64,000 nt of DNA from Candidatus Hydrogenedentota bacterium (lineage in GTDB: Bacteria; Hydrogenedentota; Hydrogenedentia; Hydrogenedentales; SLHB01), in NCBI GenBank assembly GCA_045863335.1, contig BTVY01000009.1:80723-144722 (forward strand). The letters run 5' to 3'. Position 1 is the first letter of the stretch; every line of letters starts with the position of its first letter. The notes beneath the pieces are model-generated. The model ran no database searches. It had not been told where the DNA came from and saw only the letters and a program-made list of their open reading frames with translations. Positions 27,596 to 36,706 of this stretch are shown here, one piece after another. The position numbers and the translations under genes were made by a program.

Positions 27596-29032
27596 ATGAA
27601 GCCGAAGCCTGAACACCCGGCGTGGATCTATGTGGTTTTTCCGGCGGTTGCCATGTTGTTGGGCTGGGGGCTGCGCGGGTATATCGGCGGCGGTCCCTTT
27701 GGTGCGTTGATTCCGGGGTGTTTTGTCGCGCTCAGCCTGTCGCTGCTGCTTGGGTACCGCATGGAAACTGCGGCGATGGCGGCATTGTTTGGCGCGGTCG
27801 GCATTGGTTACGGCGGCGATATGACGTATGGGCAGACGCTCGGATTCCTGAACGACTCCGACACGGTGCTGTGGGGTCTGTTGGGGTGCTTGGTCAAGGG
27901 CGGAATCTGGGGACTGCTCGGCAGCGCGGTACTGGGCACGGGGCTTACTCGCGACCGGTACGATGTGAAGACGCTAACCGTGGCGTTCGTCTTGACGGTG
28001 GTTGCCTTCTATGTCGGCGTCAAACTGATCAACGATCCGAAACTCATTTACTTCTCAAACCGCCTCGACAAGCCACGCGATGAATCGTGGGCAGGTTTGC
28101 TCTTTGCGGCTATTACGTTCCTGGGGTATCTCCGGTACCGCGGTTCGGCCGAGGCATTCGCTTTGCCGTTCCGCTTTGCACTGTGGGGCATGCTCGGCGG
28201 CGCGCTTGGTTTCGGCGGTGGCGCGTTGTGGATGGTCTTTGGGCCCCACTTACCGGTTCCGCAGCAATGGATTGGATGGTGGAAGGCGATGGAATTCTCC
28301 TTTGGCCTCATTCTGGGGGCGGCGCTTGGCTACTGCGCGTACTTGAATCGAGAGCGGCTGTACGTTGCAGGGCAGCAAGGGGAGGCGCCGCCGGCTGCTT
28401 GGGGTCCGGTTGGTGTATTCTTCGTCTTCGTCGCGGCGGTGTTCATCGCTTACCCGGTCGTGGGTAGTCTCCTCCCCGAGGGCATCGCGGAAAGCCGCAC
28501 ACTATCTGTCCTCCTTGTGCGTGACGTCTTTCGGGTGTTGTTCGGATTTGTCTTCTTCGGAGGCCTATGCATTATCCTGGGATTGCGTTCCCTTCATGCC
28601 GCCTGGCAGATCGCCGTAACGCTCACGGTGTTCCATTGTGTGCTCGATTATGTGCGGGATCTGGACGATCCCGAACGATTCGGATACGCGCTGCCCGTGT
28701 CCGTGCAGCTTCTGATTCTGCTCGTTGCCACCGGTGCAGTCGGCCACCTTACCATTCGATTCCAGCATAGTCCGCAGCCAATCCGCCGGATCTACCTGCT
28801 TGTCTTGTGGGCTTGCTACGCGGTAGCCTGCGTTCGTTCCTTCTTCTTGAAGGACTTCTTCTTTCCACCAGAAGGCGAGAGCCTACTTTCCGTCATTACC
28901 CAGCACCACGCGTCGTTGTTCTTTGTGCATGGCACGTTCACCGTCTCCGCTATCATCACGACGTGGTTTATACTCCGCTTGGGGAATTCGTCAGACGAGG
29001 CCGTTACCGCGAATTCACAATATCGGCAGTGA
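27596..29032 (+). CDS. Gly-rich polytopic membrane protein of unknown function
   Basis: About 14 hydrophobic segments; GGXMTYGQT and WWKAMEFSFG conserved-looking motifs. Confidence 0.75.
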   Translation: MKPKPEHPAWIYVVFPAVAMLLGWGLRGYIGGGPFGALIPGCFVALSLSLLLGYRMETAAMAALFGAVGIGYGGDMTYGQTLGFLNDSDTVLWGLLGCLVKGGIWGLLGSAVLGTGLTRDRYDVKTLTVAFVLTVVAFYVGVKLINDPKLIYFSNRLDKPRDESWAGLLFAAITFLGYLRYRGSAEAFALPFRFALWGMLGGALGFGGGALWMVFGPHLPVPQQWIGWWKAMEFSFGLILGAALGYCAYLNRERLYVAGQQGEAPPAAWGPVGVFFVFVAAVFIAYPVVGSLLPEGIAESRTLSVLLVRDVFRVLFGFVFFGGLCIILGLRSLHAAWQIAVTLTVFHCVLDYVRDLDDPERFGYALPVSVQLLILLVATGAVGHLTIRFQHSPQPIRRIYLLVLWACYAVACVRSFFLKDFFFPPEGESLLSVITQHHASLFFVHGTFTVSAIITTWFILRLGNSSDEAVTANSQYRQ

Positions 29033-30746
29033 CAGATTCCAACAATAGGCCGGAATCGTCCACGGCGTCCGCGGTGGATCGAAACCGCACGTAGTTGATG
29101 CCGAGCGGTTCCCGGTAGTGGGGCTTCAAGTGAAGTTCCGACTGTCCGTTCACGTCAACGGTGCAGGTGCGTTTGTCGATGTCCCACTTAAATCGCAGCA
29201 CGCACCATTCTCCGATGGGCAGTGCATTGCCGAGCGAGACGTGTCCGTCAGATTGTATTGGAAGCGAAACGATTGCTTCTGCATCACCCGTCTCGTCGGT
29301 TGGATTGAAGAATCGGTCCAGTAGCGAGATTACGGCGCCGTCAAACCCTTCCTGTAGTTGCAGTTTTATGGTTAGCGTGCCTTGTCGACCCATGGGAAAG
29401 TTCCACACCGCGCCGTCGCCGGGCTTGACATCGGGGCGGCGGATGTGGAGCGCTTTTGCGCCCGGTTTCTCAGGGTGTTCGACCAGCACCGGCCCTTGGG
29501 TACGGTCGCGCCACCAGCGCTCTGCCGGACCGAAATGCTTGAAAACGGTCCAGCCTTCAAGCCCCTTCGAGAAGTCATCCTCCCGATGCGTTTCCAGCAG
29601 CCAGTTGGGATCAAAGTGAAACGTAGCGCCTGAGCGCCCCTGACCGGCCATGACGATAACTTTGCCGTCCGGCGCGAGATAAGGCATGGGGTACGCAGTT
29701 CCGCGGTCGCCGGTTTTCTGGGGTGATTCATTCCGAGTCGGGTCGAGGTACACTTCGCGGAAACCTTGCCAGGTTTGGCATTCGTCCGACGAGATGGCGG
29801 CGTGCAACGCGTCGCGCCCGCCGTACACGCCGTCGCCGTTGTGACGCGGCGGTTTTTCGCATCCGTTCCAGAACAGCAGAATGCGATCGTCGGGAAGCCG
29901 TAACAAGGCCGCAGGGCCGTCGGTCGAGAGGAAGCGGGAAGGGCGGAGCGGCTCCCAGTGTACGCCGTCATTGGAATACGAATCGTAGAGAAATCCGGTT
30001 TCCGTGCGCGCGAGCATGTACACCCGCCCGTCCTTCAGCTCAATGATGACCGGTTCGCAGGCGCCGTATCCGCTCCCGTTGAAGTCGGTGTAGCATGGCG
30101 CGGTCAACTCAGAAGGCGACAGGTTCCACGTCTCGCCGCCATCGTCCGAATACACGCAGGTTGTCACGTTCGCCCCGGTAGGCGGCCCTTGCGGTTGCTT
30201 GCCAATCCACTTGGCGAAAGGCACGATGATTCGGCCAGTGCTGAGTTGCGTGACGTTGTTGATCGATCCCACGTAGCCTTCAAAGATCCGCTTGGGCGCA
30301 TCCCATACCGTGCCCCCATTCGAGGTTTTGACGTGCCAGATATCGATGAAGTAGGTGACCGCGATTTCGCGCTTCCCCTCTTCCAACCGGGCCACCATTG
30401 GGAACACGTGGTACTCGCCGTCCATGTCGAGCAAGGGCAGGTTTGCTCGCGGACCCTCGTACTCGAATTGACGATCGCCCCACGTAACGCCCCCGTCTGA
30501 CGAGACCAGCGAGTAGTTCTTGTATACGTTTTCCTCGCCAGTACCCTCGGACACGAATCGCTTCAGACGCCCGTCCGGAAGCAGAATCACGCCACCCTGG
30601 CGTTCCGCAAGCACCACCGGCGCCCAGACAGTGTCGGAACTATCGCCGGCGTAGACGGGTTCGCCAACAACAGCGGTCGACGCAATGGACAAGAGTATGG
30701 CTAGCCATGCGGTGGTACGGCTCGGACACGAGTGAGCAACCATCAT
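29004..30746 (-). CDS. Secreted sialidase-like (BNR/Asp-box beta-propeller) protein
   Basis: Asp boxes SSDGGVTW, TSNGGTVW, SDDGGETW, SNDGVHW, SSDECQTW; signal peptide. Confidence 0.82.
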   Translation of the reverse strand: MMVAHSCPSRTTAWLAILLSIASTAVVGEPVYAGDSSDTVWAPVVLAERQGGVILLPDGRLKRFVSEGTGEENVYKNYSLVSSDGGVTWGDRQFEYEGPRANLPLLDMDGEYHVFPMVARLEEGKREIAVTYFIDIWHVKTSNGGTVWDAPKRIFEGYVGSINNVTQLSTGRIIVPFAKWIGKQPQGPPTGANVTTCVYSDDGGETWNLSPSELTAPCYTDFNGSGYGACEPVIIELKDGRVYMLARTETGFLYDSYSNDGVHWEPLRPSRFLSTDGPAALLRLPDDRILLFWNGCEKPPRHNGDGVYGGRDALHAAISSDECQTWQGFREVYLDPTRNESPQKTGDRGTAYPMPYLAPDGKVIVMAGQGRSGATFHFDPNWLLETHREDDFSKGLEGWTVFKHFGPAERWWRDRTQGPVLVEHPEKPGAKALHIRRPDVKPGDGAVWNFPMGRQGTLTIKLQLQEGFDGAVISLLDRFFNPTDETGDAEAIVSLPIQSDGHVSLGNALPIGEWCVLRFKWDIDKRTCTVDVNGQSELHLKPHYREPLGINYVRFRSTADAVDDSGLLLESVTADIVNSR

Positions 30747-30913
30747 TCATCTCCCGGAATTGTTGGTACGATTCATGCCGTCACGGGGCGCTTCTGGGGT
30801 CCAGCGACGAGTCTCGCGCGCAGCACGGCACATCGGCGCTACCTCAGACCCCACACTACGCCATCATGTGGTATCCTTTTTCAAGGCAAGCCCGAAAGAG
30901 GTAGGCTGCAACG

Positions 30914-32008
30914 GTGAGCAAGGAAATAATCAACGTACTCATCCTGGACGACTCCGGCGAGAGCCGCCGGATATTGTCCGAGGTTGTCTCCGCCATGCCC
31001 CGATCTGTGCTGTGCGGAGCCGGCGTGGTTGGCCCAAACGGCTTCGCGCGAATCGGCAGCGACGACATTGACCTCATCCTGTTGGCCGCCACTGCGGGAA
31101 TTCAAACCGTTCGCAATTTGAAAACGCGGTACCCGCATCTCGGCATTATTGTTGTAAGCGACGCGGTGCGGCGAGAAGCGGAACTCGCGCTCGCATCGAT
31201 CGATGCGGGCGCTCTGGGATTTGTGCGCCGCCCGGCAATCAGGCCCGCGGGCGACGGACAAGCCGAACTGGTTCGTCAGATCTTTCCGCTGATCTGTACG
31301 TACCATGCCCGGCGGGCCGCGCACGAGACGCGCGAGCACATCGCGGCGAGCCGGAAACTGACGCAGACGGCCCAACGTCCCCCCAAGCCGCCCTCAAGAC
31401 CGTTGCAACCCGCCCGGCGCATCGATCTCGTTGCGATTGGCATTTCCGCAGGCGGTCCGGAGGCCTTGCAGCGTATGGTGCCCATGCTACCCGCGTCGCT
31501 CGGAGTCCCGATACTCGTGGTACAACACATGCCGCCCGTATTTACCCGTACGCTCGCGGAGCGCCTCAATTCCATGTGCGCTATGCCGGTGCGTGAGGCT
31601 GAGGCGGGCTCATCGGTCGAACCGGACGTGCTCCTGATTGCCCCGGGTGGGTATCACATGGTTCTTGAGCGCGCGCCCCGAGGCGGGTTCCAGATTGAAC
31701 TGGACAGTGGACCGCTGGTTCACGGATGCCGCCCGTCGGTGGATGTGCTGTTCCAGTCCATCGCGCAGCATGCGATTCGGGGCGTACTGTCCGTAATCAT
31801 GACCGGCATGGGGTCGGACGGGTGCGACGGCGTCCGCGCCATCAAAGCCCTCGGCGGATACTGCATATCGCAAGACGAAGCGAGTAGTAGCGTGTTCGGA
31901 ATGCCAAAGGCCATTGAAGACGCCGGCCTGTCCGACGAGCAGGTGCCATTGGACCGGTTAGCCTTTCGTATTGCCGCCATCGTAGGCGCATCCCGCGCGG
32001 TAATGTAA
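30914..32008 (+). CDS. cheB: Chemotaxis methylesterase CheB (orphan; degenerate receiver domain)
   Basis: GISAGGP, VQHMP, IAPGGYH, RPSVD, TGMGSDG, VFGMP. Confidence 0.9.
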   Translation: MSKEIINVLILDDSGESRRILSEVVSAMPRSVLCGAGVVGPNGFARIGSDDIDLILLAATAGIQTVRNLKTRYPHLGIIVVSDAVRREAELALASIDAGALGFVRRPAIRPAGDGQAELVRQIFPLICTYHARRAAHETREHIAASRKLTQTAQRPPKPPSRPLQPARRIDLVAIGISAGGPEALQRMVPMLPASLGVPILVVQHMPPVFTRTLAERLNSMCAMPVREAEAGSSVEPDVLLIAPGGYHMVLERAPRGGFQIELDSGPLVHGCRPSVDVLFQSIAQHAIRGVLSVIMTGMGSDGCDGVRAIKALGGYCISQDEASSSVFGMPKAIEDAGLSDEQVPLDRLAFRIAAIVGASRAVM

Positions 32009-32170
32009 TTCCTGTCCGCCATGCCATTCTCGGCGCGCAGCGACTGGAAAATACCGTGTTACCCCGATACACTCGGTCTAATCATGCAGCCGGGGCGGCG
32101 TTCTCTGTTGCGCCGGCGGGCAGACGTGATCCGCACAAACGAAATCTCGTGAGAGAGGAATGGACTTTCC

Positions 32171-34123
32171 ATGCTACGTCTAAACTACCTGTTGACTGTC
32201 GTCGCGTTGTTGGGCATGACCGGTCCGGCACACGGCGGCATAACTCCACCTCCGGAGGGCATTCGGCTATTCAATGGTGAGAACCTGGACGGGTTCTACA
32301 CCTGGATTCGCGACCGTGGCCGTGGCACGGACCCCGAGAACGTGTTTACCGTACACGACGGTATGCTTCATATCAGTGGAAAAGAGTGGGGCTGCGTCAC
32401 GTCCGATGAGGAGTACGAGAACTATCACCTCGTGGCCGAGTTCAAATGGGGCGAAATCACCCACGAACCGCGGATCGATCGCGCGCGCGATAGCGGGATT
32501 CTCGTGAACTCCACCGGGGAAGACGGTGGATACAGCGGAATCTGGATGAAGTCCATCGAGGTGCAGATGATCGAAGGCGGCACGGGTGATCTCCTGGCCG
32601 TGGGCGACGGATCGACGAACTACGAGCTTACCGCCACCGTGGCCGATGCCTCCGAGGGCGTGCCGCATGTGTATAAAGAAGGCGGGACGCCCTTGACGAT
32701 CAACGGCGGGCGGATCGACTGGTGGGGCCGCGATCCGGGTTGGGAAGACGTGAAGGATTTTCGCGGTGCCCAGGACGTCGAGTACCCGATCGGAGAATGG
32801 AATCGTGTGGAAGCGATCGTGGCCGGGGACCGAATCACGGTCTATCTCAACGGCGTCAAGGTCAACGAGTGTTACGGGGTGAAGCCGACGAGCGGCCGAT
32901 TGCAGATCCAGTCTGAAGGCGCGGAGGTTTTCGTGCGGCGGTTCGACCTGCTGCCCATCGGCGACGAGGTTGCACCGGTGCTGGGGTCGCGTTTCATTTA
33001 CAATAGCGACGCCAGCAACATGTTCATCGACGTGGAACCGCCGATGACCCCGGAGGATCTGTATCCGTACGTCGATGAGGTGGCCGGAACGCAGGTGACG
33101 ACCTTTGCGGCCTCGCCGAATTTCGGCATGGTGATGAGTTATCCCAGCAACGCGGCGACGATGCTCGGTACCGATGTCAGCGAAGCCCTCGCGGCAACGA
33201 TTGCCCCCGGCGTGGAGACCAAACCGACAAGCACCGAACGCGCTGCCGTGAATCTGCGGGCGCTCGTGGAGGCGGGGCATAACCCTTTGGGCCTCGTCAT
33301 TGATCGCGCAAATGAGAAGGGGCTTGAGACCTTCGTGTCTTTCCGGTTGAACGAAGTCCACGCCGTCGAGCAGGAAGATCACCTGATCCTGTCCCGGTTC
33401 TGGAAAGAGCATCCCGAATGGCGTATCGGCAAGGTCGCCGACCCGCTCAGCGACTTGTATGTGGAGATTCTCGGACCGCGTACCAGTCCCATCGTGGGCA
33501 CGTGGCTGCCGGCGGGGTTGAACTTCGCTGTTCCCGAAGTGCGCGCGCAACGACTCGCCGAGCTGCGTGAATGTTGCGAAATGTTTGATGCCGATGGGCT
33601 CGAACTCGATTTTCAGCGTTTTCCCATGTACTTCAAGCAAGGCGAGGAAGCCGATCACATCGAGACGATGACCGCGTGGATGCGCGACGTGCGCGCCATG
33701 ACCCGGGAAGTCGGGGAGGGGCGCGGGCGGCCTATTCTGTTGACCGCGCGCATTATGGCCAAACCGGAACAGAATCTCGGTATCGGCCTGGACCCCGTCA
33801 CCTGGGCCAAGGAAGGGCTCATCGATTTTGTCATCGTGTCCCACTACCTTCGCAACGATTTTCCCCTGCCCGTTTCCGAGTACCGGCGGCTGCTTCCGCC
33901 GTCCATGCCGATCTACGCGTCCATCGAGGTCGAGCCGGAACAGGATACCTATCGCACGATGGCCTGGGACCTGTATCAGAATGGTGCGGACGGCATCTCG
34001 CTCTTCAATTTCTTCACCACGCGTGAGCGTGGTGAAGGTCCGCCATTCGACCTGCTGAAAGAACTGGGCGAACCAACCACGATCAAACTGGCAGCGAAGG
34101 AGCAGAAAGCAGGTGAGGCATGA
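32171..34123 (+). CDS. Secreted DUF1080 (3-keto-glycoside hydratase-like) domain fused to a TIM-barrel glycoside-hydrolase-like domain
   Basis: LFNGENLDG, EFKWG, RDSG, EWNRVE, LQIQSEGAEV; C-terminal SFRLNE, DGLELDF, GADGISLFNF. Confidence 0.75.
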   Translation: MLRLNYLLTVVALLGMTGPAHGGITPPPEGIRLFNGENLDGFYTWIRDRGRGTDPENVFTVHDGMLHISGKEWGCVTSDEEYENYHLVAEFKWGEITHEPRIDRARDSGILVNSTGEDGGYSGIWMKSIEVQMIEGGTGDLLAVGDGSTNYELTATVADASEGVPHVYKEGGTPLTINGGRIDWWGRDPGWEDVKDFRGAQDVEYPIGEWNRVEAIVAGDRITVYLNGVKVNECYGVKPTSGRLQIQSEGAEVFVRRFDLLPIGDEVAPVLGSRFIYNSDASNMFIDVEPPMTPEDLYPYVDEVAGTQVTTFAASPNFGMVMSYPSNAATMLGTDVSEALAATIAPGVETKPTSTERAAVNLRALVEAGHNPLGLVIDRANEKGLETFVSFRLNEVHAVEQEDHLILSRFWKEHPEWRIGKVADPLSDLYVEILGPRTSPIVGTWLPAGLNFAVPEVRAQRLAELRECCEMFDADGLELDFQRFPMYFKQGEEADHIETMTAWMRDVRAMTREVGEGRGRPILLTARIMAKPEQNLGIGLDPVTWAKEGLIDFVIVSHYLRNDFPLPVSEYRRLLPPSMPIYASIEVEPEQDTYRTMAWDLYQNGADGISLFNFFTTRERGEGPPFDLLKELGEPTTIKLAAKEQKAGEA

Positions 34124-35130
34124 TCCGGTCGATTGACCTTGTGATAATCGCAATTGCCGTCGTACTCTCGGGAAGCCCTGCCGCCGTCGCGGCCGGATAC
34201 CCGAAGATCAATCTTGCGGTCGGCTACGAGGTTGTGCCCGACTGGCCCGAAAGACCGGAGACCCTGACCTGGCGCTACATGACCGGCGTCGCCGTGGACC
34301 AGCAGGATCGGGTGTGGACGCTGAATGCTTTCGCGCCGCAGGTGCAGTGTTACGACACGGAAGGCAAGTTGCTCGACGCGTGGGGCACGGGGCTGTTCAA
34401 GAACCCGCATTTTATCCGGATCGATCCCGAAGGAAACGTGTGGACCACCGATTACGGGCAACATACCGTGCGCAAGTTCACGACGGATGGCAAGCTGCTG
34501 ATGACGTTGGGTGTGCCCGACGAAGCAGGCGCCGATGAGCACCATTTTAATCGTCCGACCGATGTCGTCGTCACGCCTGCGGGCGACATCTTCGTGACGG
34601 ATGGCTATGGCAACAATCGTGTCGTCCACTTCGACAGGGAAGGCCGGTTTGTTAAGGCCTGGGGCGAACTCGGCGTGGAGGCAGGCCAGTTGAGCCAACC
34701 TCACAGCATCGCCGTGGACTCCGCGGGCCGGTTGTATGTGGGAGAGCGGAACAACTGCCGCATTCAGATCTTCGATCAGGACGGAAACTCCCTGGAGCAG
34801 TGGCGCAATCTCATCAACCCGTGGGGAATCTGGATCACGCCCAACGATGAGGTCTACGTGTGCGGATCGGCTCCGGCCCGATGGACCGAGCGCGGCAATC
34901 TCGGGAACCCGCCCTCAGATCAGTTGCTGATCAAGTTCGACACGGAAGGCGTGCCGCAGGAGTTGTGGGTGTTTCCGCTGGCCAAAGAAGGCGAGTTGAT
35001 CCCCGGGCACCTGGACTGGGTGCATGGTATCGCGGTCGACACGAAGGGCGACCTGTATCTCGGCGACGTGGCGGATAACAGCAAGACCCACCGCGTGCAG
35101 AAGTTCCGGCGACTGGAACCGGAAGGGTAG
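34120..35130 (+). CDS. Secreted NHL-repeat beta-propeller (peptidyl-alpha-hydroxyglycine lyase-like)
   Basis: FNRPTDV, VTDGYGNNRV, QPHSIAVD, RIQIFD, HGIAVD. Confidence 0.85.
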   Translation: MIRSIDLVIIAIAVVLSGSPAAVAAGYPKINLAVGYEVVPDWPERPETLTWRYMTGVAVDQQDRVWTLNAFAPQVQCYDTEGKLLDAWGTGLFKNPHFIRIDPEGNVWTTDYGQHTVRKFTTDGKLLMTLGVPDEAGADEHHFNRPTDVVVTPAGDIFVTDGYGNNRVVHFDREGRFVKAWGELGVEAGQLSQPHSIAVDSAGRLYVGERNNCRIQIFDQDGNSLEQWRNLINPWGIWITPNDEVYVCGSAPARWTERGNLGNPPSDQLLIKFDTEGVPQELWVFPLAKEGELIPGHLDWVHGIAVDTKGDLYLGDVADNSKTHRVQKFRRLEPEG

Positions 35131-35170
35131 GTTTCGACTGCTGCGGATCCGCCAGCCTTGGACGTTCCAA

Positions 35171-35367
35171 AATCGAAGATGGGTCCCCGCCTCCGCGGGG
35201 ATGACGGTGCGGGGCGTGAGCCGGGGTGACGGTGCGATGTTGTAGCACGACTTGGCTCGAGGACGTTCGTTGAAGAGGGCTTCCCTTCAAGTGGATGACG
35301 TTTCTTGCAGTGGCTGGACTTACACCAACACCGTCATCCCCGCGGAGGCGGGGACCCATCTTTGATT
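35171..35367. repeat. Inverted pair of REP-like palindromes (34-bp perfect IR)
   Basis: aagatgggtccccgcctccgcggggatgacggtg (35176-35209) is the exact reverse complement of 35329-35362; extends to about 39 bp with one mismatch. Confidence 0.85.
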
Positions 35368-35404
35368 AAACTTCAATAGCATCGGATGATCGAGGAACCG
35401 AATC

Positions 35405-36616
35405 ATGAAGCTGATCCCGCATAGCCGTTTGTTGCGGCTGACGACTCTTGTCCTCTTCCTCGCAACTATCGCATCCGCACAAGACGCGTCCGTCGACTAC
35501 AGCATCGACGTCCAGACCGTCGTGACGCACGACGATCATGACTGGCTTTGGTTCCACCCGCGCGCGGCCGCGATTTCGGGACTCGGCAAGGATGGCAATC
35601 CTGCGGTCATCATGACCATCCAGAAGCACTTGGGGAAATCCGACCACTACTCAGGGCTTTCCGTGTTGCGCACCGATGACCTAGGCAATACGTGGACCGG
35701 GCCGACGGCTATCCCGGAACTGGACGCGTGGGAAGAAGGCGATGGGATTGTCTGTGCGGTCGCCGACGTCACGCCGGCGTGGCATGCGCACACCGAAAAG
35801 ATCATCGCTATTGGCATCAAGGTCCGTTACGACGACGGCGATCAGGTTTACGATAAGCCGCGTTCCCACGACGCCGCGTACGCGGTCTACGATCCCGCGT
35901 CGAATGCCTGGTCCAAGTGGAGGATGATTGATACGCCGGAAGCCGAAGGCAAGTTCTATCTTGTCAGTCCCGGCTGCGGACAGTACGTGATTGAAGGCGA
36001 CGGCAGCATCCTGTTGCCCTTCTACTATCGCGGTCCCGAAGGCGAGGTCTATTCCACGACGGTCATGCGCTGCAGTTTCGATGGCGAGACCATGCGGTAC
36101 ATTGAACATGGTGATGAACTCGAACTTGCTGTAGAGCGCGGGCTCGTGGAGCCTTCGTTGATAACGTATCGCGGAAAGTACTACCTCACCATTCGTAATG
36201 ACGTGAAGGGGTACGTAACAACAAGCGAGGATGGCTTGCACTTCGCGCCGATTCAGCCCTGGACCTTCGATGACGGCGAAGAGCTGGGCAGCTACAATAC
36301 GCAGCAGCACTGGCTTACTCTCGGAGACAGGCTATTCCTGGTCTACACCCGGCGCGGCGCCAACAACGACCACATCATGCGTCACCGCGCGCCGCTGTTT
36401 ATCGCGCAAGTCGACCCGGAGCGCCTCTGCATTCTGCGGAACACCGAGCGCGTGCTCATTCCCGAGCGCGGTGCCACGCTCGGAAACTTTGGCGCCTCAC
36501 CCATCACGCCAACCGAATCCTGGGTTACCGTCTCGGAAGGGATCTGGAGCGACGACGCCCGCGCCCGCGGTGCCGAAGGCGCAACCTTCGTCACCCGCGT
36601 TCGCCTGATCGACTGA
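35405..36616 (+). CDS. Secreted sialidase-like (BNR) protein
   Basis: Signal peptide; TDDLGNTW, RGLVEPS, TSEDGLHF, SYNTQQHW, RHRAPL. Confidence 0.75.
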   Translation: MKLIPHSRLLRLTTLVLFLATIASAQDASVDYSIDVQTVVTHDDHDWLWFHPRAAAISGLGKDGNPAVIMTIQKHLGKSDHYSGLSVLRTDDLGNTWTGPTAIPELDAWEEGDGIVCAVADVTPAWHAHTEKIIAIGIKVRYDDGDQVYDKPRSHDAAYAVYDPASNAWSKWRMIDTPEAEGKFYLVSPGCGQYVIEGDGSILLPFYYRGPEGEVYSTTVMRCSFDGETMRYIEHGDELELAVERGLVEPSLITYRGKYYLTIRNDVKGYVTTSEDGLHFAPIQPWTFDDGEELGSYNTQQHWLTLGDRLFLVYTRRGANNDHIMRHRAPLFIAQVDPERLCILRNTERVLIPERGATLGNFGASPITPTESWVTVSEGIWSDDARARGAEGATFVTRVRLID

Positions 36617-36706
36617 CCGTCGCCGCGTCCACAGTGCGCGGCTCCCCATGATTCGTTAGAATGGTCTGAGCGTTCCGGGGAAGGAACGCAGGGGGAGGGC
36701 GTTTGC

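Noticed and set aside
32267-34153. 628-aa minus-strand ORF
   Set aside because: Antisense shadow of the DUF1080-GH gene, typical of high-GC codon bias
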